Notes: generated from the sequence alone by a model not told the origin. A stretch of DNA of 64,000 nucleotides from Octopus sinensis (GCF_006345805.1 NC_043000.1:116312001-116376000), one strand, 5' to 3'; positions 11,965 through 25,061 are shown, numbered from the stretch's first letter. Numbers and translations are program-made.

Positions 11965-12057
11965 TAAGCTAAACTGCCCAGCGACAAATTCTTCTGCAGT
12001 TTTAGGATATATAAATCTAGCTTTATAAGACGCTATCGTACGTTAAATTCAACTTAC

Positions 12058-12135
12058 ATCGCAAGTCAGCAAATAAAGTTTGCTTTAGAAGCGTTGAGAT
12101 ATAATGAAAGATACATATAAGGAAATGTTTCAATT
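12058..12135 (-). CDS. 78-nt candidate exon (LKHFLICIFHYISTLLKQTLFADLR), phase 1->1
   Basis: Pyrimidine-rich upstream, acceptor cagttttag|, donor GAT|GTAAGT. Joins 11576 to give LRWWQLFKGILY. Confidence 0.45.
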
Positions 12136-12200
12136 CTAAAACTGTGTGTGTATATATAAAGAAAGACAGAGAGAGTGAGAAAGAGAAACAATAGGTGTAT

Positions 12201-12265
<65 letters not shown>

Positions 12266-12269
12266 TTTT

Positions 12270-12671
12270 ATTTTATATCTGCTATTTGTCATTAGACTGC
12301 GGCCAACCTGGAGCACTGCCTTGAACAAAGCAATCGAGTACTTTCTTTTGTGAAGCTTCGTACTTATCTTATTGGTCTCTTTTGCCAAATCGCTAAGTTA
12401 CGGGGACGTAAACAAACCAGTACCACTCGTCGAGTGGCGGTGGAGACAACCACAGTCGCACACACAGACACTCACACTCATATCTTCATTTATATCTATC
12501 TAAGGCGGCGAGCTGGCAGAAACGTTAGCACAACGTGTGAAATGTTTAGCGGTATTTCATCAGTCTACGTGCTCTGAGTTCAAATTCGACTTTGACTTTC
12601 AACGTTTCGCAGTCGATAAATTAAGTACCAGTTGCATACTCTCCAAAAATTTCGGGCCTTGGTGCCTTGAG

Positions 12672-12711
<40 letters not shown>

Positions 12712-12870
12712 TTATCTATATACACACGGCGGGCTTCTTTCAGTTTCTTTTCTAGCAAGTTCACTTACAAGGGTTTGGTCGACCCGAGAATATAGAAGAA
12801 CCCCGCCCCCCTTCCAAAGTCCCACTACTCGGAACCATGTGGTTGGGAGGCCAGCTACTTACCACGCCGC
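12270..12870 (-). mobile_element. SINE B split by SINE A insertion
   Basis: 3' half at 12270-12480, 5' half at 12720-12870. Confidence 0.75.
12504..12668 (+). mobile_element. SINE A nested in a SINE B
   Basis: Full head to short tail, lying between the two halves of a minus-strand SINE B. Confidence 0.82.
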
Positions 12871-13594
12871 CAATCTGTACATATGATCACGTGTAAGCAC
12901 GTTTAAGTATAAATGCATTTGGAAACACCCGATAAGTAAAAGTTACCGGATTCATAAAAACATACTGATCGGACACTGTCAAACAAACACTCACACATAA
13001 CGAACCTTATCCAAAGTTGTCGTGCATTTCTATATTACAAACTCCATTATCGAAAACTAACCTATACTTTAGCTATTAACGAACAACATTCTTCGTAGAA
13101 TTAATTACATTTTCTCAAATATTTTTTGCTTACATCTTTTGTGTTTCCTTTTCTCCTTTCACTCTTTCCACATCTTCTCTTACGTTATATTTTTAATGCA
13201 TTTCTTCTTCTTTCTGCTCAACTTCTCTCTACATACTCTCCGTTTGTTCATCTTCACGATTTATTCATTTATGGTATATCTTCCTCTTAATTATTCTCTG
13301 AAATTATTTTTTTGGTTTTTACCTATTATTTTGTTTATTTCAAACTGTCTGTCTTTTCTGTCAATGCTAAATAATTTCACTTAATCCTTTCTGGAAAACC
13401 CTTCACCACTAAATACGATTTTCCACCATATATTTATATAATTTTCTACACTCTGGCGAGCATCCAGAAACAGGCAACCTAATATATATATATATATATG
13501 TGTGTATATACATGTGCGATTCTACATATACAATTATGCACATTTATATATACATACATACATACATGCATATATATATATATATATATATATT

Positions 13595-13624
<30 letters not shown>

Positions 13625-13625
<1 letters not shown>

Positions 13626-13901
13626 CACGTGACGTCACGTGACCGACCAGACCATCAGATGTTGTTACACATCGCTGGTCACAATGCGTTCGCATTGTTT
13701 TAGCCTTAGAATGACGCCACCAGCGAGCAGGCCAACAGAAGAAAGAGTGATGAAAGAGTACAGCAGGGATCACCACCCCCTGCCGGAGCCTCGTGGAGCT
13801 TTTAGGTGTTTTCGCTCAATAAACACTCACAACACCCGGTCTGGGAATCGAAACGCGATCCTGCGACCGCGGGTCCGCTGCCCTAACCACTAGGCCATTG
13901 C

Positions 13902-13905
<4 letters not shown>
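13625..13905 (-). mobile_element. SINE family C, tail type 2
   Basis: Head GGCCTAGTGGTTAGGGCAGCGGA..GTTTCGATTCCCAG, tail ..CATCTGATGGTCTGGTCGGTCACGTGA. Same type as 61711-61997. Confidence 0.88.
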
Positions 13906-13991
<86 letters not shown>

Positions 13992-14308
13992 ACACATAAA
14001 TAATACAATCTGTATGTATATATCATGCTCGTGAAAAGACAAATTTGCTGCAGTATTCACACGGCGATATCAGCTACGGACGAACCGTGTTTAAAGATTT
14101 TATATATGTGTATCAAGGGCAGGCGAACGTCCTCCCATCAGCGGATACCGTGGAATCCCGATACATTTCTGCTTCGTTGCACCTTGTCAATAACCTCCAG
14201 TCACTGCCTACAACATTCTGAGGAACAACTAAGTGGTCCTTTACCTTGCAAGATCTACCAATACTGAAGTGGTATTTATTTAAGTGATCGCTATAAGTTG
14301 AGAGAAGT

Positions 14309-14559
14309 TGACATGGGCAGGTTTCGAAAAATAACCCTAAAAATAAACAATAAATCTAAAACGATAAATGGATTTTCGTGTTAATTCTAATAACATTGGA
14401 AAGAACGAAGATTGATGTCGGAAAAAAACGAAGGAACTTATTTGACAATCCAATGTATAACCAAACAGATACATAAGATCATATTCGATTATCTGTATAT
14501 TTATATATGTTTAATAATGCAACTTTTAAATAAAAGTTGGATCTAATTTTCCCATGTCA
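14309..14559. mobile_element. Possible small MITE/dispersed repeat
   Basis: Inverted ends TGACATGGG/CCCATGTCA. Internal TTTTCGTGTTAATTC(T/C)AATAACATTGGAAAG recurs at about 37420-37450. Confidence 0.4.
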
Positions 14560-14917
14560 TAATTTATTGGCAAAGAAATAAAGCAAAAATGAAAATTCTA
14601 TTCCATAAATAATGGCAAAATATTTAATAGGGTTTTTGGTTGCACTAGGAATATAGACGCCCTTATAATAATGGTTTTAAAATTGAAATTTAAGGTCTTC
14701 GCACACATACACACATATGCACAAACACACACGCACACAGACAAACACTCGCGCATACACATGCACACACATATGCAAATACGCACGCACGTACGTACGC
14801 GCACACACAAACAAACACACAAATGTATGTGTGTGTATTCACTGTGGTGAGCGGAGGAGAGTAAAAGAATCGAAATGTCAAAATTATAGGAGGGGGATGC
14901 ACTTCCTATGTAACTAC

Positions 14918-14994
<77 letters not shown>

Positions 14995-15150
14995 AAATAT
15001 GTACATATATATGTATGTATGTATCTATACATATATATATATATCTACCCACGCACACAAATACAGATACGCATACACACGTACACAAACACACAGGTAT
15101 ATATATATATGTATATATATAATATATACATTTTATTGAAGGAATATATA

Positions 15151-15234
<84 letters not shown>

Positions 15235-15509
15235 CACAAATTAGGGGGTTTAGTTTACAGGTGACCAAAACGATTAAGTACGCTAGGTAAGTGCTGTATC
15301 GGATTACTGGGGGCTCCAAGGTTATAGCCGAGATAGGATTATGGAGCCATTGCAGATTTCCGATGCAACGGATATATAGCAATTATATATATACACATAA
15401 AAGGGGAAAAGACAGAAAGGCAAAAAAAGACATAAAAAGACACAATATCGCATCTAAAATTAAAATCTATATAATTATAATCTAAATTTATGATTATGGC
15501 TTGGAGATA

Positions 15510-16130
15510 ACGGTTTTTGCAAACTAGCCACTATCACCTTTCACCACGGCCTTAAGGAAGCTCGGTAACGTGGTTCATGCGTTACACACTGACCTTGGGA
15601 CGATCACCGAGCACTTTATTGCTTTTGGTCGCCAACTTGGTCTTGTTACAGGCAAATTAATCAGGGTCTTTCTCAACCGTGTCACGCACATAGTAACGCA
15701 TGATATCACAATCCGTAGAATTAAGAAGCCAGAAGCTGGCGCTGGTGAAATCGTAGAAATTCTTCGATGACACACTTTCCAGGTGCCAAATACTGCAACC
15801 ACATACACAGTCTTCCAGCAGCAATTCTCTCCGGCCAGAGTTTGCCCATGGTCTCCAACAGCTTCACAATAAACCCTCTGAGCTGAGCCTATGGCTCTTT
15901 TCAACTATGTGTCGTGGCATGACATCACTCTTAATGGAAGTACATCGAAAAACCCCTGCTCATCGCTTTGCAGTCTCCGTTACAGATATCCATGTCACTT
16001 CTTACAGCCTTTGCAGTGTTCACAGAGTATGCCGTATTTTGCGAACTGGTGTGAATCATCATGACACACGTAATTTTTTTCCAGTATTCAGTGGGCTTCC
16101 CATCTTCCATGTTAACTAATTTTCCTCAAC
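15510..16130 (-). mobile_element. Internally deleted Tc1/mariner (maT/DD37D-like) transposase remnant
   Basis: Frameshifted VKLLETMGKLWPERIAAGRLCMWLQYLAP and KNFYDFTSASFWLLNSTDCDIMRYYVRDTVEKD match the WQQDSAP...WPPNSPDCNPMDY block. Catalytic Asp positions are mutated. Confidence 0.75.
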
Positions 16131-16440
16131 AGCACGCTACTGACAGTTCACGAAGATTTTTCTGAAAAAGGGATATAAAATATCGTCAAATTTTGCTCAA
16201 ACATGCTGTATACATACATACATACATACATACATACATACATACATACATACATACATACATACATACATACATGCATGCATACATACATACGTGTTCG
16301 GGCTATATGAATTAAATTTGACGATATTTTGTTTCTTCTTTTCAGGAACACCTTCATGTATGCTGTATGTATGTATGTATGTATGTATGTATGTATGTAT
16401 GTATGTATGTATGTATGTATGTATGTATGTATGTATATTG

Positions 16441-16615
16441 ACCGCTAGCCATTAAAGCTTTTTTTATTCTCTCCCTGTTTACTTGCTCGTGTTCCTTCTT
16501 GGGGAAGAGCCTAGACTCGAAACGTAAAAGATTTTGTCACCATCCCGAGCGTTAAACTAATACATCTGTTTGTTGTTTACACACCTGTCTTCGTCTTTCT
16601 GTTTTTGTAAATTCC
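16441..16615 (+). mobile_element. Penelope-like terminal-repeat remnant with decayed hammerhead
   Basis: GAAGAGCCTAGACTCGAAACGTAAAAG: GAAACGTA with the palindromic ACGT stem III, core CTGA lost. Confidence 0.4.
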
Positions 16616-16779
16616 AGCTATGTATATGTGTGTATGTTTGTGAGTGTGTGCGTGTGTGTATTGCTTTTATGTGTTTCAGTCATGCGGTCATACTGTATCA
16701 CCACCGTAATTTTGCACCGATTCCTCAGCACTGATATGTGGTCGATTTCTTCAGAGTGATGGGATTTTGATATCTCGAA

Positions 16780-18100
16780 TCTTTATTTCTGGTTGCAACC
16801 TCATTTAGTGTATGGGGGTGGGGTGTTATACACATTCATACGTGTCTGTACTTCATGCCAATATGCTGGTTCCACTGATATCGTAAATAGTAGATTGTCC
16901 AATTTCTGTTTGTAGACATCCTCGTCCACATACGTAGGTTTCTTAATTATTTTGGTGATGCATTGAAGAGCTGTGAGCCTTTGAACCTCATGCAATTACG
17001 GCACCTGGTCTTCATTTTGGTAGGGTGGACTGTACCTTTGGTACTACTTAATGGTGTTCAGTATGGGTATTAATATAACAGTGTTCGGTAGCAGTACTAG
17101 CAGGATTTTCCACATTCATCGTAGAATACTCGCGTCTTCGTTCCAGTGATAAAATCTTTGGTTTTTATCTTTCCCCGGTAGTTCGGATACTGAACTGCTG
17201 CAATCTTTTTAGTGTAGTAGCATTGAATTGCAGCAAACACTGCTCTTAGTTTGTCACTAAGCAGTTTTAAGAGACCAGTTGTCCATTTGATTAGGATAAA
17301 GGTCTTCTACAGGGTCAACAAAACTTCATGGTCTATTAATGTCAGTGAACTTCATTTCCATCCTACCATTTTGTTACCATGTTACCTTAGTAATGTGCGC
17401 CTGAGTGGAGGCACATGGCCTAGTGGTTACTTGCGGTCGAGTGATCGCTGGTTCGTTTCTCAGACTGAGCGTAGTGTGTGCTTGTGAGTGAAAGACCCAA
17501 ATTCCACATGGCTCCGGCAGAAGGTAATGGTGAAATGCTGCTGGCTCTTTCGCCACAACTTTCTCTCACTCTTTCCTCCTGAATCTTGCAGCTCACCTGC
17601 GACGGAGCGAGGTCCCGTTCAAGTGGGGAACCTATACGCCAATGAAACTGGAAAACCGGCCCTTATGAGCCGGGCATGGCACGAGAGCAAACAAACAAGA
17701 ACAAACTTTGGGCATGAAACGAGAGATCCTTATTCACACTGATGTCCAAGTCTCTCTCTGTCTTTAGGTCGTGTATATGCTGGCTAAAGTGCATTTCTGA
17801 GTTAGTAGCGAGGGGCTTGAAGTTTTCTATCATTAAGCTGCATGTTGTTTTTGTTCAGCCCACTTCTATGTTGCATATAGGTCCCACTGAACATTTGCCG
17901 CATTGCCAGGTTTCTGTATTTTCTGTGGTAGTTTCCTATCATCTGCGTAGAGTGATATTGGCTGTCTGGGTGACGATGAGCATTTTAAAGAGATGGTATT
18001 AACAATGATTGCTTCAGGACAGTTCCTTGCAGGCCTCCACTCTGAATGTGAACTTCCCAAGAGAAAGTAACAAATGCCTGACAGCTTTTAAGAAGTCAAG
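16780..18100 (-). mobile_element. CR1/L2-clade LINE 3' portion, decayed, split by a SINE at 17406-17690
   Basis: RT motif LYADDRKL..KWAE (about 17950), then SLERRRE..WKIL, FKGSQLFN and VDEDVYKQKLDNLL in successive frames. Confidence 0.8.
17406..17690 (+). mobile_element. SINE family C, tail type 3, inserted in the CR1 LINE
   Basis: C head and body, distinct tail GCAGCTCACCTGCGACGG..CCGGCCCTTATGAGCC. Confidence 0.78.
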
Positions 18101-18161
18101 TAGATACGCTCCCAGTTTAGCAGACCTACCTACCTACCTACCTACCTACCTACCTACCTAC

Positions 18162-18225
<64 letters not shown>

Positions 18226-18408
18226 ATCTATCTATCTATCTGTCTATCTATTTAGTAAGCTATAAGTCTGTCTATCTGTCTGTCCACATGCAAAAGGTGT
18301 TTCTTAAAATGAATTTTCCCGCAAATATTGCAGTACAGAATTTTAAAATCTAAAGCATGTATATTAAGTTCAGTTTACTGTGAAACAAAGCATTAAACCG
18401 ACTCTCAC

Positions 18409-18443
18409 CTGGAGACAGAACAACATCTGAGAACTCATTTTTA
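18409..18443 (-). CDS. Short candidate exon (KNEFSDVVLSP), phase 2->1
   Basis: Donor CAG|GTGAGA. Acceptor is weak (gacag| at 18444, or ttaag| giving a start at 18447). It bridges the phases between 21847 and 12135. Confidence 0.28.
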
Positions 18444-19136
18444 CTGTCTTAAATGTAGAGTGAGCCCCCATATCATGGCTTACTCATCTCTTCGCGCAAA
18501 ATGAACACATACAAAACCCAAATCCGCATTATGAAAATTATTATATTACATATTCTACATATTTTACACTCTATGAGAGTTGATTATACAGAATACTTTA
18601 TATCAGTATTATATATTTAATTATATATTTCGCTTGCAGAACACCCATTTTGCTAATATAGTATTGTGATATAATTTCTTTCCAGAAATAATTACTGCTT
18701 CTGAGTTTCCTGCCTTCCATATGTACGCTTGTTCTTCTAAATTTAAATGAAGTTCGCAGATAACACAAGAAACGATTATATTTACTGTACAATCCATAAT
18801 TTCTGGTTTCCATTCATTTCAACTATTATTTCGTCATAATCTGCGACCGTATAAATTCTTCCTAGGCGGTAGAATATCGGAAACTGAGCCCCAATTTATG
18901 AACAGGTACTTGGTTGTAATTTTGCACCATTGTAGTCATTGGTTTGCAGAGCGAAAATGAGACAAGCTATCGCCAGACAAGTGAGGTCGGATATGTAACA
19001 AAACATTTTGTTTCGACGTGCCGCTTCTGTCCTGCTGAAATATACCCCGGTATCAATGGCATACATCGGCGAATGGTAAACACGGCAATAAGTAAATGAA
19101 TAAAGTATATCTACACTTACAAATATCACTGCGCGT

Positions 19137-19181
<45 letters not shown>

Positions 19182-19329
19182 ACACACGCACGCACGCACG
19201 CGCGCATGTTGCTGTTTTCGTTTAGTCTTTCAAGCCTCCTCAGTCCTCTAGCCAGATTCTCATATTTCTTTTTTATGGTTTTTGTCAACCTCTGTGGTGG
19301 GGACTGTTCTATTATAGGGATTTGTAAAA

Positions 19330-19510
19330 TTCATGCTCTTTCTGTGTTTTTATAGTTTGTTCTCTAGTGTCATATCTGGGTTTCCTTGCTTCAAGCGTAG
19401 GTTCAGTCTTTATGCAGAGGTCATTGTCTATCACAGCCTCTGGTTCCTCTTCGTACCAGTTTGCTGTAATTCTGATACACACACTCGGCTAATATCCCAA
19501 TGCGCATTAG
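19330..19510 (-). mobile_element. R4/Dong-type (RLE) LINE fragment, heavily decayed
   Basis: HWDI..ITANWYEEEPEAVIDND resembles the HW..WYEHxPE motif. Confidence 0.45.
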
Positions 19511-19563
19511 ACTACTACTACTACTACTACTACTTATCATTATTATTGTGATGATCATATAAG

Positions 19564-19785
19564 ACTGGCAGAATCGTTAACACGCTGGACGAAATGTTTA
19601 GCGGTATTTCACCCGTCGCTAGGTTCTGAGTTCAAATTCCGCCAAGGTAGACACTGTCTTTGATCCCTTCGGGGTCTATGACTAAAGTGCCAGTGAAACA
19701 CTGGGGTCGATGCAATCGACTAGTCCTCTCCCACCAAAATATAAGGCCTTGTGCCGATAGTAAACAAGATTATTATTATGATTAT
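19564..19785 (+). mobile_element. SINE A, short-tail form
   Basis: Family sequence followed by (ATT)n. Confidence 0.82.
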
Positions 19786-19793
19786 TATTATTA

Positions 19794-19843
<50 letters not shown>

Positions 19844-19861
19844 GTTACTATTATTATTAGT

Positions 19862-20215
19862 ATCATTCAGTAGTTTTATTTGTATAACGTGCTGTCACTT
19901 CACTACCGAGCGCAGCTCTGTGTGCCTTGGGTATGTGCTGCGATTTGTTGTGATGCTCTGATGGTTACTGTATTGAAAGTATTCTGCGTAGGATGTGTGC
20001 AGTGCCTAGTAGTGAAATTTTCTGTATGTTATATGTGTTTGTAAGTCCTGGTGTTTTTGTTATGTATTTGTCTGAATATTTTTTATCATGCCTAATGCAC
20101 CTACTATGATAGGGATTGTTTCTGTGTTTAGATTCCACATTCGAGTTACCTCTATTTCCAGATCTTTGTATTTTGAAAGTTTCTCCATTTCTTTTAGAGA
20201 CACGTTGTCATCTGC
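19862..20215 (-). mobile_element. R4/Dong-type LINE 3' end with 3' UTR and (TAA)n tail
   Basis: ADDNVSLKEMEKLSKYKDLEIEVTRMW..IPIIVGALG..IQKISLLGTAHILRRILSIQ* (stop 19965-19967), one 1-bp frameshift in an A run. Flanked by ATT/ATC repeats. Confidence 0.85.
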
Positions 20216-20263
20216 TTATTTTTATCATTTTTATTATTCTTATCATCATCATCATCATCATCA

Positions 20264-20300
<37 letters not shown>

Positions 20301-20640
20301 CATTATTATTGAGTGAGAGAGCCATGCATGACATCAAAGTGACATTGGGGTAAAATATATGAAACCCAGTATACCCCTCATGACAACCCGTCTGATAAGG
20401 ATACACCAGGCACATGCATCACAACCATGTGTGCGCGACATTGTGATCTCATATTATGATAAACAGCGCTTGGCCTTGTAGGCGGGTTCCATTTTTAATT
20501 CTTTTCATTTAATGATTAAAATATAATTGAAGAAACGACAGACTACTCTATATAGATTTCAAAAGGTATTGTTTTTAAGAAACCGTTCAAAGACGATATT
20601 TTATCAAAAGGTAAATTGGTGAAATGAGATCTATCTATCC

Positions 20641-20740
<100 letters not shown>

Positions 20741-21462
20741 GTCTGTCTGTCTGTCTGCTGTCTGTCTACCTGATTACCTGTCTGTCTGCATGGTTATGTA
20801 TCTGCCTGTCTGTTTTTTATTAAAAAATCAAAGAAACCCTGATTATATTACGTTGAAGCTCAGGCAATGGAGGGAAAAAAAAAGAGACATCTCTTTTATG
20901 TTTCGTACATTCACTTCTCTTCTCAAAGGAAAAAACGATGGAGGAATAGAAGCGCCAATATCCGCGACTTACTTCAGTATGTCTACATATGTATACGCAC
21001 AAACAAACACATACATAGAAAAACACACACACACGTCTGTAGATTTCAGTCACAGTGACTATATTGAGACAGACAAACATAAGAGCTAGCTCAGCACCCG
21101 CATTAATTTAAAGAATAATGTATAGTATTTATATGTATATATATATGTATATGTATGTATATATATATTTTTTTTATACATGTATATGCATATATATATA
21201 TATTTGTGTATATATGGATATATATGTATATATACATATATGTATATATACATATATATATATTTATAGGTATATGTATTTATATGTATATATACTACAT
21301 ATATATATATATATGTATTATATATGTATATTTATGTATATATATATATATATGTATAGTTATATAAATGTGTATATATATATGTATATATATATATGTA
21401 TAGTTATATAAATGTGTATTAATTATATATATATATATATATATATGGATACCTATAGATAA

Positions 21463-21510
<48 letters not shown>

Positions 21511-21682
21511 TTATAGTATAGCTATATAAATGTGTATATATATATAGTTATATGTATAGCTATATAAATGTATGTATATATGTATATATATATATATATT
21601 ATATGTATAGCTATAAAATGTATATATATATACATATATTTTATATGTATAGCTATATAAATGTATATATATATATATACAT

Positions 21683-21724
<42 letters not shown>

Positions 21725-21846
21725 TGTGTGTGTGTGCATATGTGTATGTGTGTATACAGTACTTGACAGAATAAAAACAATCTGTTAGTGGAAAGAACAT
21801 ATTCCTTTATAAATGTCGGTGATTCAAAATCTGCACAGTGACTTGC

Positions 21847-22001
21847 CTATCCAATTCAGATAGAATAAAATTAAATTCTGGTAATTCGTAGCATAAATTC
21901 TTCATATGACAGAGTGACATATCCCATAGCATGTTTGAATTATATGTGTAGTCAGTTAGAATATAATCAAATGATGCTTGTATATACACCTTCAGTTGTG
22001 T
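21847..22001 (-). CDS. 155-nt candidate exon (TQLKVYIQASFDY...FILSELD), phase 0->2, GC-AG donor
   Basis: Polypyrimidine tract plus gttcacag|, 51 open codons, donor TAG|GCAAGT. Confidence 0.48.
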
Positions 22002-22538
22002 CTGTGAACATTATATGTGTAGTGAAGGAAAGAAGTGAGATTTATAATTGCTAACCGATGCTATGTTAGTTGCAAAGGACAAAGGAGATCAAGAGAGAGA
22101 GTCTGGCTGCCACATATTTGTTGAGCAGAAATTAGTGCAATATTAACAGCTTGGCAGATTAGTAAAAGCAATGGCGACCATTCTCCGTTGCCATAAGTGG
22201 TGCGACTTCCCAAACGACTACTTTTATTGTTTTTATTCTTTTTTTCCGAAACGGAAAACTGATTAATGATGAACAACGTAATGTCACTATTAGCCTGAAA
22301 ATCAAAATTATGTTTGTCCAACTTTCAGCATCCACGGACAAGAGTTCTAGAGAAAAATAACCTGGTACAAATAAGACACAGAGTGACAACCTGCATCAAC
22401 AAATAGCTGGCCACCTTAGCAGTAAGTAGTTAAATAGTTAAATGTTAAATTACATATTAACGAACAGAAAACCCGTTTATTTAGTTACAGATTGCAAGAA
22501 CAGAATCGCCTTCAGCCGAATACCATACTTTCCTATTG

Positions 22539-22846
22539 TGGAGGCGCAATGGCCCAGTGGTTAGGGCAGCGGACTCACGGTCATAGGATCGCGGTTTCGA
22601 TTCCCAGACCGGGCGTTGTGAGTGTTTATTGAGCGAAAACACCTAAAGCTCCACGAGGCTCCGGCAGGGGATAGTGGTGATCCCTGCTGTACTCTTTCAC
22701 CACAACTTTCTCTCACTCTTACTTTCTGTTTCTGTTGTACCTGTATTTCAAAGGGCCGGCCTTGTCACTCTCTGTGTCACGCTGAATATCCCCGAGAACT
22801 ACGTTAAGGGTACACGTGTCTGTGGAGTGTTCAGCCACTTACACGT
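22539..22846 (+). mobile_element. SINE family C, tail type 1
   Basis: Near-consensus head, tail GGCCTTGTCACTC..GAACTACGTTAAGGG..CAGCCACTTACACGT. Confidence 0.9.
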
Positions 22847-23573
22847 GAGAAGGAAAACGAGTAATTATTAAATATTTTTAAAGATGTTAGACCAGTATTA
22901 CTGCTTCTTGGTTTAATGTTGAGCTACATAAATTACAATGTTTCTTGTACCTATGGAATATCAGAGATGATAAAGCCTACAATAGAACGTATTATTAAAC
23001 CATTGTGAACCGAATAGGTTGCTGAGTATACTGTGCATACCCAGTACAGGTTGAGCTCCTGTAAATGATTTTTTCAACATCTTCTATTAACATGGTGTCA
23101 TGGAGTTTGTTGTGAAGAGTCTATCAATGGAATGGATTTTAAGATTTGATGGAAAAGTTCAATGAAATACTGAAATGAGAAAAGTTAGAAGCTGGAGCTT
23201 TAGTTAGAGAGTATCATCCGTGAATGATAGGAATAAGAAGACCAGGACGTCTGTAACAAAATTTACGCCATATATGTAGCCGAACTTACAAACACACGCA
23301 TGTCTTTATTATATATATATATATTCCTTACAACACACACACACACACACACACACACACCACACACACACACCACACACATACATATATATTTATATAT
23401 ATATATATATATGAGTGTATATGCGTGTGTTAATTACTACGTTCTTTTCATATTCTGATTCTCTGAGATTTGAAGTAATTAATTGTGCAGTACTCATCTA
23501 ATTATTTGTAAGGGACTCTAATGCCAAAGTACTCTTTTTTTGTTTTGCATCTCTCAGTATTTACACATCTCAC

Positions 23574-23659
23574 CTCCCCAGAAACCCCACAACAATAGAA
23601 ATCTCAAAGCCTATCTCGAAGACGAGAACCTTGTAATAATTTAAATGCATTGCTGTTTC
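23574..23659 (-). CDS. 86-nt candidate exon (ETAMHLNYYKVLVFEIGFEISIVVGFLG), phase 0->2
   Basis: Acceptor ttcctacttctgtag|, donor GAG|GTGAGA, one open frame. Confidence 0.4.
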
Positions 23660-24570
23660 CTACAGAAGTAGGAATAAGCATTTATTATAAATCAACAAAA
23701 TGTATTGCTTATTGTGATTAAGGAACGGGCACTGAATTACACTAAGCATTGCTTGGTTATTATAAAAGAATGGTAATTTGGCGGTTCCCTTTGAAGTAGA
23801 AATTCAATAGTAATTTTGTTGAAGAACTGAACTCCTAAATTTGTATGTTTCCAGGAACGATTCAATCGTAAAATTGGGAAAATGATAGTATAATTTGTCT
23901 TTTATTCCTACATTTCAATGCATCTATAGAAAGCATGATGTATTTGTAATTTATTTCATGTTGATTTTGAGAATCCAAGTTGAGTTTTAAGTAGGCATTG
24001 TTAATTTAAGTAGATAGTTTGTGTTAAACCGTTATTCGTATAAGGAGAGTTATTTTGTAAGATAATGTTTCGCACGATATTTTTCTTTATTTTTGATTCT
24101 GTGAAACTGAATGTTTTGCTTATGTTAAGGTCTATGATATAAAAGATGGTTTCTATTTCGTTTTTTGATGAAAAATAAACGAAAATTATTTCTTTTTACA
24201 GGAAAAGATTTACTCAGGTTCTTAGGGGATGACTAAAAGATGGCTTCCATTTACACAGACACATACTCGCTATTTCTCAAGTATCTCTAATATTTATGTA
24301 AGCAGAGATATATACAACGGTTCACAAGTCATCATATTACTTAGAAGTGGAAACGTCTCAAACTATGACGTATGTAGGGGTAAATCATGTAACCAAACGT
24401 ATAAATTTAAACAAAGTCTCATATTTAAAATGTTGCATACTCATAGGTATAGGAGGAGAGGATTTTTGCTTGATTATAAGAATAATTTTAGCCTACATCT
24501 TTTAATTATTCTTATTTGCTGGATCAGTAATATTTCTTAGGGGGCAAAGACAATTAATTGCATTCACATC

Positions 24571-24602
<32 letters not shown>

Positions 24603-24730
24603 CCTACCTATCTATCTATCTATCTATCTATTTTACCCCCCTCTCTCTATCTATCTATATTTTGGTGTATTTGGACATGAGAGCGTACGGGAGCATTTGA
24701 ATAAGTATATACAAATAAAATAAGTATACG

Positions 24731-24882
24731 GGCCGTGGCTCTTCCCAATCACATGGAACCTGGTTCAGTCCCACTGCGTGGCACCTTCATTAGCTGTCTT
24801 CTACTATAGTTGCTAGCCCATAAAAATCACTGTGAGTGGATTTGGTAGACGGAAAGTCAATGAAACCTGTCGCTTTCTATAT
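24731..24882 (+). mobile_element. SINE B 5' half
   Basis: GGTTCAGTCCCACTGCGTGGCACC..GTGAGTGGATTTGGTAGACGGAAA. Confidence 0.75.
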
Positions 24883-24936
24883 ATATATATATATATATAA
24901 TATCATATATATATATATATATATATATATTACGTA

Positions 24937-24969
<33 letters not shown>

Positions 24970-25026
24970 ATATATTACGTATATATATATATATATATAT
25001 ATCTATTATATATATATATATATACG

Positions 25027-25057
<31 letters not shown>

Positions 25058-25061
25058 TTAC

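Noticed and set aside
22060-22350. Two overlapping open frames with good acceptors
   Set aside because: No strong donor and I cannot choose a frame; left out of the gene model.
22539-22615. tRNA genes at SINE heads
   Set aside because: A/B boxes are present, but they run directly into multi-copy SINE bodies with no complete cloverleaf.
24201-24300. Plus-strand exon candidate (ttctttttacag| ... TAT|GTAAGC)
   Set aside because: Closed in all frames from the acceptor, with no partner exons found.
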